From Octopus vulgaris (taxonomy: Eukaryota): a stretch of DNA of 64,000 bases. The stretch covers positions 61,504,001 through 61,568,000 of the forward strand of contig OX597814.1 in assembly GCA_951406725.2 (NCBI GenBank), written 5' to 3'. The notes under the pieces are model-generated. The model ran no database searches and was not told the DNA's origin. It was given only the letters and a program-made list of their open reading frames with translations. Position 1 is the first letter of the stretch. Every line of letters begins with the position of its first letter. Below, piece by piece: positions 12,911 through 27,168 of the stretch. The position numbers and the translations under genes were made by a program.

Positions 12911-13794
12911 TTTCAAAGCATTGAATAAATGCAAAATCTTATTTCACATAAAGCAAATATTTTGTGCAGGTTATTCAGTAACTTTTTTCTCCTTCTTCCT
13001 TATTCAAAAGTGGTTGTTGCCATTGCAATAGATGAGCTATCACACACATCTGTGACAATGAAAAACTGCCACTTCCATAGTTCCTTTGCTCTTGAGGGCA
13101 TATGGTTGGTGTATAATAGGCAAAAGCAATCACATCTTTCCAGTCACTCACATAGCTGTGTTTTATCCTTTCCTCCTGAGTGCTCATGTATTGTTATCAA
13201 CGAGAGTCCTTCATCATATGAGTGTGAGTGGGTGTGTGCGTGTCTCTATTTACTAGTGTGTTCCTTTATGTTAGGAAAAACATGGATTTAACTATTTGAT
13301 AGAGATCAGTAAAACATACCAGTATGCTGTAGTCCACTGTCTGCAACTAGTAAAAAAATGTATAAAATGTTTTGGAATTATAAATCTCTTGAGATCAATT
13401 GGTAGAGAGAAAGGATGTTGGAATGTTGAGATAATGTGCTTAACTGTTACTTCATTATGTCTATCCTTTACTAATCTGATTTCTTTGTAACTCAAATTAT
13501 ATAATTTGCATGCAATAGCTAAAGAAATTCATATTTTTTTTTTACTTAGACTATCAATCTGTGAAGTTTGTGAATTTCTATATGTTTGTATACCATGGGG
13601 AGAAGAGGAACCTGACATCACAAAACTTCCTTTTGTGTGTGTGAGATACTGACTTGGATTGAATTAACTTTTGAAATTGTCTTTTCTTATCTGTCATTTC
13701 TTTGAGAACATCATGCAGTGTGTGTTGAAATGTTTTCTGTTGTCTTGTGTGATTGCTGGAACTTTTATATTACTCCACCATTTTGTGTAATATA

Positions 13795-14648
13795 CAGGGT
13801 GTTTGGGCTAAATTTGACAGTTTGCATAAATGGAAAAGAAAATACAATATCCCATGCAGAAATAAAAGTATTTAACAAATTAAAAAATATCAACTAAATT
13901 ATGGCTGGGTGATAACAGTTTACTCACAGTAGCTGCCTTCACCTTACACCACAGCCTCATGATGGCTCCAGAATCATGCATGCATTCCTCACTGTCTCAC
14001 TGGGAAGATCTTCAAACACTTTGATTTTAGTCACTAGCTTCGCCTTGGTATTGCAGACAGAGCAATTGGTGTTATTCTCAATCGTACCCCACCCAGGATA
14101 ACTATCAGGGGAATCTGGAGGCCAGAAATTGGGGCTGGTGAAGTCATAGAGATTCTCAGACATCTACTTCTGACTGTTTCCAGAGGTATGGCAATGAGCC
14201 GAATCCTGCAGCCTCACAATTGGCCTTCCAGCATCAACCGTCTCCAGACATAGCTGTCTAAATTGAGTCTAATGCTCTGTTCTGTGTTCTGGGAATGAAT
14301 TTTGGCATGTGGACATAATCAGAACACTTATTGTGTTCTTTCTTGCTGGTGATGGTTTCATAGTATCCATTGCAGCTGTCCAAGTTACATCTTAGAGCCT
14401 GTGTAGTGTTCACAGAGCACTGAACAGCTGTCATGATGTCAGCATTTTGATTGCTAGCATGAATCATCATGACATAGATAACTCTTTTCCTATATTCAGT
14501 TGACTTTCAGCCATCCATGTCAGTTAACGTTTTCTCAATTACGACTCTGATCTTTACTTCTCCAATGTCATTGACTGTTCACCAATACATTGAGCTGTTC
14601 CTGAAAAGAGAAACATTAAAAATCATCAAATTTAGCCTGAACACTGTG
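13795..14648 (-). mobile_element. internally deleted Tc1/mariner (maT/DD37D-like) transposon with both TIRs
   Basis: TA|cagggtgtttgggctaaatttga ... tcaaatttagcctgaacactgtg|TA. Relic peptide QDSAHCHTS..DFTSPNFWPPDSPD..WG. Confidence 0.8.
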
Positions 14649-17600
14649 TATTTACTATAGATTTTCAACTAATACTCTTGTTTACTAATTAGTCAAAGGT
14701 ATTTGTAGAACTTTCTTGCCTATTTCTTGTGAAAGTTTTCTTTAGGAAATGAGGTGTGAACTTCATACTGAGATAGACAAATAATATTATCATTTGTTTC
14801 ATTCACAGCAATACACTTATTTGTTTGAATGTCTAATAAACACTTTAATATGCAGTACAATAAATGATGAACATGGATGGAATAAATATGGCTATTACAG
14901 AGATTGGCTTGATTGTCCTTCTGGATACCTGTAGTCAACTCTAAATTTGTACTATTATTGCCAAGCTGGTCAGTATATTCTATTTGTAATGCATATATAT
15001 AAATTTAAAAGCTTTGGAGCAAACTTATTTCATTACTTAGTTTGCTTGTTAATATTCATTAGAAAAAATCAATTTAAGTCTATATGCACATGGAATTAGG
15101 GTTGAACTATCTTATTTTAATTTACTAACTCTCATATTAATTATCTTTCATTGTAATTTATTCTATTTATTTATTGCTTCTAAAACTTGCTGTATAAAAT
15201 ATTTCCATACTATAACCATTGTAACACCAAAACCAACACAGGCATTCACATACAGGAAGTATCTATATTTGCTTATAGCTGTTTTTGGATTTGGTTCTGA
15301 CTTGATGTTAATATTCATAAGCTGGTTTTCACATATTTGCAACTAAAAATATTTGCAACTAAAAATCTTTAAAATTAAAATGAAAATGGCATCATAAAAT
15401 GTAAGCTTGTTGATAACTCATGTACTTTTTACTAAAATATTTCTCATCAAACAAGTATATGAAAATAATTTTTTTTTTTCAGCATAATGTTTTAAATTGT
15501 TACTTACTGTTAATTTCTCATGGAATAGCTTGATATACTGTAGTATAAGACATGTTCAAACTTCCCCATCTGCTAAATGTAAACAGAAAATAGTACACTG
15601 ACAGTCACGGCAGTTTCTCTGCATGTCTTTTGCTGAAAGATCAAGAATATAAAAATATATTTACTGTATATGAAGATAATATTAATTGGATTAAATATAG
15701 CTATTTCATCATCATATTCATCATTGAAACATCCACTTTTCCATGCTTGCATGAGTCGGACAGAGTTCATTGAAGCAGATTTTCTAGGACCGAATGCTCT
15801 GTCCCCACTCCTTGCTTCTTTCCAAACAAGATAATATTTCCCTTGATATGGAATATTGAAAATGAACAACACATTTTTCCAGTCATCATGCAATGTCATG
15901 ACAAGAGTGTATACACACACATGCACACACACACAGTTAACTCCCACACCCATACTTCCTATAAATATGTATGTAACTGTTTTCTTTTTCTAGTTTTCAT
16001 TTACCAAATCCATTCACAACACTTTGATTGTCCTGAAGCTAAAAGAATAGTGTTGTAGAAGAGTGGGTTTATTTGAATCCTTCATGGAGTTTAGTGTAAA
16101 ATTGTGGAATCATAGGTTCTGGGTGATAATTTTGTAGGGAAAGAATAATCTGAGCTAGTTATTAGAAAAGATAAGTAACTTGAAAAATTGGAACTGTAGA
16201 GTTTCCTTGTCATGCCACTTCATTTAGGAATGGATTCTTTTGTATTCCTTTAGTTTTAAGGGAACGTGTTTGAAGATAACTAAATGAAACGTATATTAAA
16301 CTGGAGAAAAAAAATAGCAGTGTATTGACAGTATTTGTGTTAGTGTGTGTTGAGCCTATGTATATATGTGTATAAGATCCACAAAGATCAGAACTTATCT
16401 GCAACTCTTGGTCGTCCAAATTGGATGTGCAATCTATGTGGGTGTCTTTTCAGAACATTGTCTGGTTTAAAAAGCTACATCAGATGGTTCTAAGGTGTAG
16501 GTACAGGAGGTGGTGAAACTCTGCATAAGGAGTAGACAACCATCATATATGTATATGTATGTATATACGTGTGTGTGTGTGTGTATGCGCAAGTTATCAT
16601 GTTGGTGAATAGTTCATCTTCTAGGTTTTACCTTACCTTTTTATACATGTTTAAAAATTTTACTTGAGGCTGGTGGATTTATGCTATGATGTAATCTGTA
16701 AATGCATCCATAAAATGAAACCTAAACAGCTGTAGTATATTTTAAATGCCATTTGTGTTCTTTTTTTGGTATATATATTTATAGGTGCTTATATAATAAA
16801 AGATATCTGTTTACCCACAATAAAAAAAAATCTAGTTGAGATTATATTACTGATCTCTATCAAGTTATTAGGTCTCATTGGAGAGAGCAGTCATCATCAA
16901 CAATGGAAATGTCAAGTGGAACTCTATTGAGATTCCATTCTGTATAGTGAATATTTGTGATCTGAAGATAAGAAATATTGTGAGTTGAATGACTTGAATA
17001 TATATAGGAGTTTCAGGAGTACTGAATAAGGTGGAGGAAAAATATGCATCTAAAATATTTTTATAATACAATTTTTACCTTTACCATTCCAACTTTATAT
17101 GTTAACCATAGTTTGTGGTGAACACTGTAATAATCAATAATCCAGTGTAAATATATTTAGTTTGGTAATGTGTTTGAGGAGTTCATATATATCATCACCA
17201 TTTAATGTTCCTCTTTCCATGCTGGCATGTGTTGGACATTTTGACAGGAACCAATGAGCCTGAGGGCTATGCTGAGCTCCAATATCTTCTTTGACATAGT
17301 TTCTATGATCATTTTAACCTTAGGATTGTATCTTTTTTTCCTTTTCTCCTAGTATTTAAGGTGTTTTCTTTCACAACCAAGAAGCCCATGGTTTGATTTT
17401 ACTGCATGATATCTTGAGGAATGAATGTCCTGTAAATGAAATTAAGAGGATGGAAACCGGAATCTTGTTGGGTGGGTTGTACCTGTAATTCAAAGGTCCA
17501 GCCTTGTTACATTATGTTACATAGATTTTGGCTGAGAATTGCATCAACTCTAGCATTACTCTGCCAAATGTAATGCTTATTTATTGATATTGCTTTGAAT

Positions 17601-20214
17601 CTCCTGCTTTTGAGATTTCAATTGTATGATTTTTTATTTTTAGAATAATAATGTAGGGTAGTTGTGAGAGGCTGGATCTGGTCAGTTTGAATAAAAAGAA
17701 GAAAAAAACAATATTTGGGCTGGATTTGGCTGGTTTGATTGCTAAAATATTAAGGCTAATGTAATTCTCAGGCAAGTAGAGTATACTCACCTGTATAGAA
17801 TATATAGCCACATTTTACACTCTCAGAGTGGTTGGCATTAGGAAGGGCATCCAGTCATTGAAACTATGCCAAATCAGACGAGTCTGGTGCAGCCTCTTAG
17901 CGTATCAGCTGTGGTCAAACTGTCCAACCCATACCAGCATGGACAACAGATGTTAAATGATGATGATGATGATGATGATGACAATGATGTCATTAATTTA
18001 CTAAGGGTTTAGTTGGTTTCACAACTGAAGGCTTATCATGGGAACTGGTGGAGGTCTTTCATATTTGGTTGAGACATCTCAGTGTCTGTCTGGGTGATTT
18101 ACCTTATTTAGTTTGGTACTTCATTGCTCTGATTTTAAATTTTAGCAGTCACCCAAAATTTACTTCACCATACATCCATTCAGACCTGATAAAATAAGGA
18201 GCATTAAAGTAATCTGCTATATCCTCATGAACTTTGTGCTTAATTAAATAGACAAAGAAAATAAGTATTTTTATGGAATGCCATATGCATCTTCATGAAG
18301 GCAGCTAGTAGTTAGGGTGTTGGTGTTCTGAACATTAGGTCATGGGGTTTGATTCTGAAGCCAAAGGGCATGGTGTGTTTTTGAGCAAGGCACTTCATTT
18401 CACATTGCTCCAACCACACTGTTGAAAACAAATACCAGTCCATCACACAGTTAACCCTGCAATGGAGTGGTGTCTCATTCATGGTGTATTATGCTCTCAG
18501 TCGCTAGAATATTTTGAAAATCCAAATAATCTCCAGCCTTATGAGACTTTATGCATACTTAAGGCAGATTTTATGTGCATCTCACATATGCTCTATAGAG
18601 TAGTACATTCATAATAGATTTCAGTGAAGTATATGTCTGTCATTTTGGTAGAGTACATTGATTTCAAATTTCGGCACAAGAGCAGCAATTTCAGGGGAGG
18701 AGATAAGTCATTACATTGACCCCAATGTTCAACTGGTACTTATTTTATCAACCCTGAAAGGATGAAAGGCAAAGTTGACCTTGGCAGAATTTGAACTCAG
18801 AATTTAAAGACCGACAAAATGCCACTAAACATTTTGCCTAGTGTGCTAATGATTCTGCCAGCTTACCACCTTATTTTGGTAGAGTATATTGATATTGTTT
18901 TGTGTTGGCTGTACCATTGCCATACAATACTTTTTATTCTTTTCATTTACAAAGCATTATAAACATGGAAGATATAATTTCTTACTTGATGTTGGCAAAC
19001 TCGACTGCTCTGCATATCTTTATGTCAGTGACATTTAGGCATTTAGATTATTTTTGCAATGCATTAAACAGAGCAGTATTTTGTTGATTTAGTTTAGAAT
19101 ACCAACTTTGTAACCAATATCTGTCTCTCTATGAAGTTACTATCAGAAAAATGGTTTTTGGGTTTTCACACATTAAATGTGGTGATAAATTTTTGTTTGA
19201 TGATATCTAGAGAAAAATTGAATGACTGATAAAAAGTGAACAAAGACAATTTATATTTGATTACAGAGAGTCTAGCGTATTGGTGCTGCAATGTAACAGG
19301 TTGATATGTTGTGTGCGAGGCTTGGCTGCTTTTTTAGAACATGTGTATTTGTTATGAATTATGTATCAGTAGAATAATCATAGCTGTTTCATAAGTCTTA
19401 GTTTTTGGACTTACATAGCACTTCTACATATGTTGTATAATGATGATTTTAAAAGGATATGCATGTATTTATTTTTAAAAGGATATGTATTTATTTATTT
19501 TTTCACTCCATTCAGCATAGCCATGGCTCTCTGGTTAGATAATGTAAAAGTGTAATTAATTAGCACTGTATAGAGCTGGAAGATGTTAAAGAAACTTCAA
19601 ATGTGGAAGTGTAGGGCTCTGTTACACTTCTAAAGGAATTGTTTTATTAAAACTTGTCAGTTGTGATTAAGTAAACAACAGGTGGAGAATTATTTACTGG
19701 AGTTGTAGAAAAAAAGAGAAAATATTTTAGTTATTTTGACGATGTTATGATTAATGTTTTAATCTCCCCTTAGTATTGAAAAGAAAAGGAAATTAATAGT
19801 GAATATTTTTGTCTCAAGTGTTCAGAGTGGAAAGGGATTTATGATAAACTTTTTACTCAGTAGGAAGAAAAATCCAAGCTTATAATGGCATTTTTCTCTC
19901 TCTTATTGAGTTGGACTTAGACTGTAAATAGCTAAAAAATACTTTGGAATGAGGTAGTAAACTGAGGAAACTAATGGGAGTGCAGAACAGACATTATTTC
20001 CTTCATAAGTCGGTAGTGGCATAAAGGAAGAAGGTTGGGCAAAAATTATAAAAATCATAAGTAGAACAATTAGATAAAGTTGTTGACTTCTGGATAGCCT
20101 GGTTCAGTTTTGACTGACCATACCTGTAGGAAACATATGGACCAGTGTTTCCCAATGAGAAATAGTAATATATAGGCTAAGTATATGCTAATTTTGAGTA
20201 ATTTTTGTGTTTAA

Positions 20215-20655
20215 CCCTTTTGGTACCATATTTTTCTTGAAATACATCTCTTTGTTTCAATTGATTTCAAAAATAATGAAGACTACAGTAAAATAATTCA
20301 GTCATTATTAAGCAGATGTTTGGAACATTATTTAACAGGAAATTTTAATAGGAAATTGTAATTTAGATCACTTTAACCCTTTAATATTCAGATTATTCTG
20401 TCAGTTCTAATGCTTAATCACACTGTTTTCAATTAATAATGCATTATTTTATAGCTTTGAGATTTCAATGATGTGATTGCTTATTTTTAGAATGACATTG
20501 TAGGATAGGTGTGAGAGGTTGGATTTGGTTGGTTTGAACATAAAACATATAGAATATCTGGGCTGGATATGGCCAGTTTAAATACTAATGGGTTAAAACA
20601 GGAAGTTTGTACCAGGGAACCAAGGACAGTCTTGGGCACATTGGTATCAAAATGG
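20215..20655. mobile_element. nested piggyBac-type MITEs (inner element 20377-20592)
   Basis: Both elements start ttaa|ccc and end gg|ttaa. The inner family also occurs at about 3530-3710, 17550-17760 and 58662-59297. Confidence 0.65.
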
Positions 20656-21835
20656 TTAATTCTATATTTGTAATTTCATACACATACTGTATATTCTCTG
20701 AGGTAAAGGAAATTTTGGCATCTTTAGGTAGTAAGGTGACTGACCCTATGGGAAAAATAGCCTCTTAATAAGAAATTTTAAAGGAATTTGCTCTAAACAA
20801 GGACTTGATTAAGATGAAATTTAAAAAAATTTTCTTGGCAGCATTTGGATGGATTTAAGTCTGCTAAAATTTTGAAACACAGTTTTATGACTTAATCTCT
20901 TATGAAATTTAACTTTATGAGAGAAAAACAATTGATAAAGGCCTAAATGACTTTTGTGTGGGTGTTCTCTGAGACAGGGAACATATTTCAAAGGTTCCAT
21001 AAGACTAAAAGGACTGGGAAATGCTGATATAGCCCACCAAGATGATTGATGCTTTCCCATACATATCCTGATATGCTGCTGACTCTAGAGAGAGTGAAGT
21101 TTAAGTAGGGATTAAAAGTGAAAACTGTTAAGCTATCAAATAGTCCATCCTTGTGCTCATTTTCCTGTGACTGCTTTTTTTCTTCATATCTATTATATTG
21201 CTTCCCAACCTTGTGCTCTCAGGTTCAGTCCCATTGTGTGGAATCTTGGGCAAGTGTCTACCAACCAAAGACTTGGGAGTGGATTTGGGTTATAGAAACT
21301 GAAAAAATCTCACCATGTGTGTGTGTGTGTGTGTGTGTGTACATCCTTGTCTTGACATCACTTGATAGTTGTTAGCAAGCATCGCTGTCATAGAAGTGGT
21401 GTTTGTCTCTGGTCTACCATGAAAAATGTGTTTGGCTCTGGGAAAGTATTATTTTGCTTGGAAACAAGTGTGGGTTGGTGACAGAAAGGGCATCCAGCCA
21501 TAGAAAATCTGCCTCAATGAATTCTGTCTGACCCATGCAATCATGAAAAAGTCGATGCTAAACAATGATGATGATAATGAGTTGACAGTAGAGAAATCTA
21601 GAATTTGGAGAAAACAAACCCACTAACTTGTGGAAGCTTCCTTGGTGACTCAGTCCTGTGATCTCTTGAAGTATTGATGGCGCAAGAACTGTGTTAAAAG
21701 ATTCTGCTACAATTTTGGTATATCATTGTATTTGTTGTCATATAATGTTAAACTTAACTGTGATTATATTATTTGTGCTTAGGCTTTGAAACCTCTTGAA
21801 ATTTGAAAGATGATGAGCTGACTGATCATATAAAG

Positions 21836-22077
21836 CAATGGATCTCAACTGGGGTCCAAATGGCCTGTTGTGGCCTATATAAGGCTTTTGTTGTTAAAAT
21901 TGATCTGCAACAAATTGGTTGTATTTCTACAATACCAAAAATATTTTTTTTATGCAATTACTAACATTTAATTATAAAAATATATGAATTTTTTCAAGAT
22001 TGAATGGCTAGGAGGGTCCATCCGAGTAAAATAGGAATCGAAGGGGTCCATAAGTATAAAATGGTTGAGAAACTCTT
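21836..22077. mobile_element. possible hAT-type MITE relic
   Basis: Degenerate inverted ends caatggatctcaac / gttgagaaactcttg. Confidence 0.35.
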
Positions 22078-23945
22078 GATATAAAGTTAAATTGTTAATA
22101 AAGTGCTGATAGATGTGAATAATAGTGAAGAATTTCCTCAAAGTGTTGCTGTTATGGGTGGAATGATAGTAATTTGGATTTGTGCCTAAAACAAATATTG
22201 TTAAAGTACTGTAATATTGATATTGTCCTCTCATAAAACTCTCCAGATTAAAACAAATTATTATTGTCTTGATTGAGCAGACAATCCTGCTGTAACCATT
22301 ACACTTTATTTGTTTAGGACTACATTATTCGAAATACTTAAAAAAAAAAAAATGTGGAATTTGAAGAAATTTGGTTGCTATTTTCTAGCAGCTTGAACAG
22401 CCACTTAGAGACTTTCTCATTGGCTCATCTGAAACAAGTTTGTTGCTTTAGGAAGATGGTAGATATGTTTGAATAGATGACAAATAATGAGTGTTTACTT
22501 AATTTTGAGTATATTGTTAATGATGTCTACATCAAATATTTTTTCATTACCTGTGATAAAAGGTAATTCAACTGGTCTATTCTGTTATCCAACCCCCCCC
22601 CCCAATATTAGTGTAACTACAACCATTTTATCCAGTGTATCACATTTCTAATTTGTTTTTAGAAAAGATGGTGGAGTAGAAAGGAGCGAGATTTGGCTGC
22701 TATTTCTAGAAGGTTAAGTGACCAAGTAAAAACACTCTCATTGGCTTGTTTTCATACTTGTGTAATTTGTATGTGATGAGTGATGTTATGTGTTGATAAT
22801 CTGACAAGTTAGGTTTGCAGCCTTGTATCAGTTTAATTTATGGTAAGTTTCAAATATAACAACTCCTTACATCTCTTTCATGAAAGAGATGTGAGATTTA
22901 TTGCTGTAAATGAAAGATCTTACAGCTATTGCTATATTAATAAACTATTGAGCCAATATTGTCATTTCTTCACCACATAAGTAATTTCTTATTTGGTATC
23001 TGATACTACACTAAACATATTAACACAAACTTAACTGTTGTATTTTCTTGCTGATTGCATCTCTAAATAATTAACATTAGTGATTTTATTTTGATCTTTT
23101 AAAAAAAATGTTAATATGTAAATTTGTATTCATTGTGGAGACCAATACCTGTCTAATTTATTGGGATCCAATGCAATTGCTGCTATTATTGTTAAGACTA
23201 GTGATGGAATGATTAAAACAGTAGAATGTTTGACAGTATTTAGTTACAGCCCTTCATGTTTTTACTTCAAACCTCACTATGTGCAGTCATCATTACCTAT
23301 CATTCATTCTGGGTCATAAAATAAAGTAACAGTCAAATACTGAAGCTAATATAATCAACTCACACCTCTCCATTAATTTCTGACCTTGTGCATATGTTAA
23401 AAGCTAGGCAGAATCATTTGAGTGTTGGACAAGATGCTTTGTGGGATTTGTTCTGGTTCTTCACATTCTGAGTTCAACTCCAGTTGAGGTCATCATTGCC
23501 TTTCATCCTTTCGGAATTGTTAAAATAATGTACCAGTTTAATACTGGGGTTGATGTAATTAACTTGTCCTCTCTTCAAAATAGCTGGTTTTGTGTCCAGA
23601 GCTTAAACCTGTCACACTATGTTCCTGCAATAGCAAGAAGAGCTTAAATGTCATCTCTGCCAAGTTCCTGCTAAAGCGTTAATGAACACCACACAGAGAA
23701 AAAGGAGATTAAATACTAAAAATAGACAACTGATTGCATTGCAGTTTTGTAGTCAAGTGTGGTTATGACTCATTGTTAATGATGTCCCCCATATCTGTTG
23801 GTTACTTTTGTTTTTAATAATAATAAAAAAACAAACAATTTTGTGAGGAAATGAGGATATGATGAACCCAGTACTTCTTTTAGTAAATGAGTGAGGCCTA
23901 GACTCTTTGCAGTTGAGAAAACTATTGATAATATTTATTCTTCAG

Positions 23946-24028
23946 ATGAAGAGTTTACACTTATGCTGATAATGAAAGTGATTCAGACAATCAAACTAGT
24001 GAAAGTGATGAGGAAAGTAGTGATTCAG
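23946..24028 (+). other. candidate 5'UTR (uORF-bearing) exon of CREB
   Basis: tttattcttcag| acceptor, cag|gtgaat donor, purine-rich exon-like composition, 1.9 kb upstream of the ATG exon. Confidence 0.35.
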
Positions 24029-25919
24029 GTGAATGAATACTGTAGTTGAGAGATTGGCCTATTATTGTTATTCTCCTGAATTTCTTTGTGATTTAGTTGT
24101 ATTAGTTTGCCTGTAATCATTACTCTTGAGCTGCATATGCAACTATTTATTTTTTGCCTTAGGAGCCAAGAGGGTTCAAATGTGAGACAATGTGTAACTA
24201 CTGACATCTACTTAAATCTAACCAATATTACTACTACAAAAGGCAGCAGGTTGGCAGAATCATTAGCACATCAGGCAAAATGCTTAGCAACATCATGTCC
24301 ATCTTTACATTATAAGATCAAATTCTGCTGGTGTTGATTTTGCTTTTCATCTTTTCAGTACCTGTTGTGCATTGGGGTCAGTGTAACTGATTTACCACCC
24401 CCTGAAATTGTTGATCTTATGCTAAAATTTGAAACCAGTATTACCACTACAAGCAGGCCTTGTGCCTGTGTTAAAAATCAATATTAGAAATGTATGTGGT
24501 GATAAGAATCAAAAGAATCAGTTAAAATGTTTTTTTCCCCTGGAAGATTTATGAGTATCGACCATATCTAGGAGAACATTTATACATTTATGAAATGAAA
24601 CAGCTTCAATTTAGAATCAGAGTTTGTGTTCAGATAATAAGATATCTGTTGCACCTTTTGGAATGGTAATTTCAAATAGTAATTTATTTGGTCTACCATC
24701 TTATTATTTCTTTGACACGTTTGGTAAAGGATATTAGAAATTTATAAACTGTTCTGCATGAGGTAGTGCTTTAGAGTCAGCAGATATATTTTTACAAGAG
24801 TCTAGACATGTGGAAGGCCAACTGGAAATTCATTTCCACCCAATCACCTTGACAGTATTTGCTAGTTGGATTCTGTATAATCGTTATTGCTGCTGCTGCC
24901 GCTGCCACCACCACCACCACAAACTCGTCCTCCTCCTCTTCCTTCCCTCTATAAACTTATTCAGTTTAGTTTCTGGTTATTTTTGGTTGAATTCTAAATA
25001 TGTATAATTTTCCCCAATAAAACATATATATATGTAAAAGCCTCACATGTAAGGTTTATCTTGAGGATTTCACTCCAGCTCAGTAGCAGTCAACTGTTTT
25101 AAGTTAAATTTACATGTATAATGACTGTTAGGTTAATAATTTCAATAAGTTGTGGTTGATTTACCGGGTGAGTTGTTTGAAGTGAGGTTTTAACTTATAT
25201 TACACCCAAGACTATCAGAAATCTTATCAGCTAGAAATTGAATCAAACAATAATGTGCTGGTTACTAATATATTTGCATTACCTTATGCTCAGTGTTGTT
25301 TTAACAAGCAAGTTACTAATATGCTTTAGTTTACTAAATATATTGTACATTAAAATGGTGTCAGGTTCTTGGAAGTAAGATTTAATGACTTCTCAAATAT
25401 ATTTTTGTGTGAAATGCTTAAATTATTAATTACAGATATTTTTACCTTCAGAGTTTCTTTGCGAAAACAACACACTTAAGGAAATATTTGGTATTATTCA
25501 ATAAAAGAAAGACTCAAGTTATTTCAAATAAAATCTCCTTTCTTTATTGAGAATGATTTGTGAAATGTTGATATCTTTTTTCAATAATTTCAGTTGTGTT
25601 TGTATTACATTTGGTAATAAAATTTTAAAGGGAAATGTTTCATTTAGGGAAATGTTGGCAATTTCTTTTAGAATTCGTACTTTATTTTGGCAGGGAAGAA
25701 CTTTCATCTACATGACCTTTGACGTTATTACTTTCGATGTTGGCCAAGATAACAGGTAAATTGTCACCAATACATTCAGTGTGAAATATTCTACAAATAT
25801 ATCTATTGAGTGAAGATGCGCATGGGCTCTCAGTTTGTCCCCTTTTCTCTGGATCTGTTGCATCAGTTGGGTCTAATTTTGACATGGCCTTCTGTGCTAT
25901 ATTTTTTCCAGAGTAGAGA

Positions 25920-26090
25920 ATGTCTGAAGTGCCAACCTCACAGACCAGTGAGATTGAAAACGGCTCGCAGGAGATATCTATTGTGCATGTGACAATACCT
26001 AACCAACCAGTCCAAGTGCAATCTGTTATACAATCTAGCCATCAACCATCAGTGATACAGACAACTGGCCCAAATGTTCAGACTATTCAG
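25920..26090 (+). CDS. CREB1: CREB-family transcription factor, first coding exon (Q1 glutamine-rich region); exon acceptor at 25911/25912
   Basis: Acceptor ttttttccag, ATG at 25920 with an in-frame TAG just upstream, donor cag|gtaggt. Translates as MSEVPTSQTSEIENGSQEISIVHVTIPNQPVQVQSVIQSSHQPSVIQTTGPNVQTIQ, which contains the CREB VQVQSVIQ..QPSVIQ motif. Ends in phase 0. Confidence 0.93.
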
Positions 26091-27014
26091 GTAGGTTGAG
26101 CCATGTTGCTGCCACTGTTGCTGTTGCCACTATTGTATCACAAAACTCTTCTAGAAATCCTTCTCTTTAATTTATTGATTCTCTTAGTTTCATCATGTTC
26201 GTTATTTCCCTTCTAACACTCCATATAATTATCTTCTGTTGCTAACAGTCCTAAGTTATCCCTGCTGATGGCTTCTTTATAAAACTTATCTGTAAATCTT
26301 GAAACACTTGTCATCATTTTAATGAACTGACAGCTCTAAATTCTAACATTTTTCTAACCTTAGTAAATGATGAAGGCATTGTAGCATTTTTCTATCTAAT
26401 TTATTAGCTGCTTTGGTTTTATTTCCTCTCTTCTCATTTTGCAGACTTTTTTTAGAAACATACTTAATATAAAAACCGAGATGGGTTTTAAAAATTCTTT
26501 ATACTGAGTTATCTTCATCTTGTGTTTGGATACTCTATCCTGTAAGCCAGCATTGTTCTAATGATGCATTTATTCAGGCTAAGTTGGAAGATCTCTGAAG
26601 TATTAACTTTCACCGGAAGACTGCAATATGAGAGTCTGCATTTACTTTCTTTCCTTTCTTATACTCATTTCTTTTATTCTCTTATTTTCTTTAAAATATC
26701 CAAAATGGTAACTGAACTTCTTCATTTCATTATCTTCTTTCAATGACTTACTTAAATCATAAATCTAAAGGTTTTTCTGAATTCTGTTATATCTTCTTAT
26801 TCTTTCCTCTTACATCTGCATGCCTTCTTCTGAGTAGTTTATAATAAATGAATGGGAGTATTTTATTTGGTAGATGACTTTCACTTTAATTCTTTACTTT
26901 GAACTTTGATTTTAATATTTTGGTTAATTTATAGTTGGTGAAATCTCATTTTTAAATAAAGATTAAGTTGCCAAAAAGAAAACTATGTCCTTAAGATACT
27001 AAATAATTTTTTAG

Positions 27015-27043
27015 GTCTATTTGCACATCCGTTTCTATCACTG
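27015..27043 (+). other. candidate 29-nt poison exon or alternative acceptor upstream of the KID exon
   Basis: tttttag| acceptor and ctg|gtaagt donor. Gives VYLHIRFYHW-stop whether or not the following 42 nt are spliced out. Confidence 0.35.
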
Positions 27044-27085
27044 GTAAGTCTTCACCTAATTTGACCTCTTTAAACATTCTTTCAG

Positions 27086-27168
27086 GTAGCTACAGTAAAT
27101 GATGATATGACAGATGGTGCTGAAGGAAGAAAGAGGAGAGAGATATTAGCTAGAAGACCTTCATATCG
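27086..27168 (+). CDS. CREB1: CREB coding exon, KID/P-box N-terminal half with the PKA site
   Basis: Acceptor ctttcag, donor cg|gtattt. Translates as VATVNDDMTDGAEGRKRREILARRPSY(R); RRPSY is the Ser133-equivalent motif. Phase 0 to 2. Confidence 0.97.

Noticed and set aside
25720-25727. TGACGTTA near-CRE 190 bp upstream of the ATG exon (autoregulation?)
   Set aside because: A single imperfect site is expected by chance, and there is no promoter evidence.
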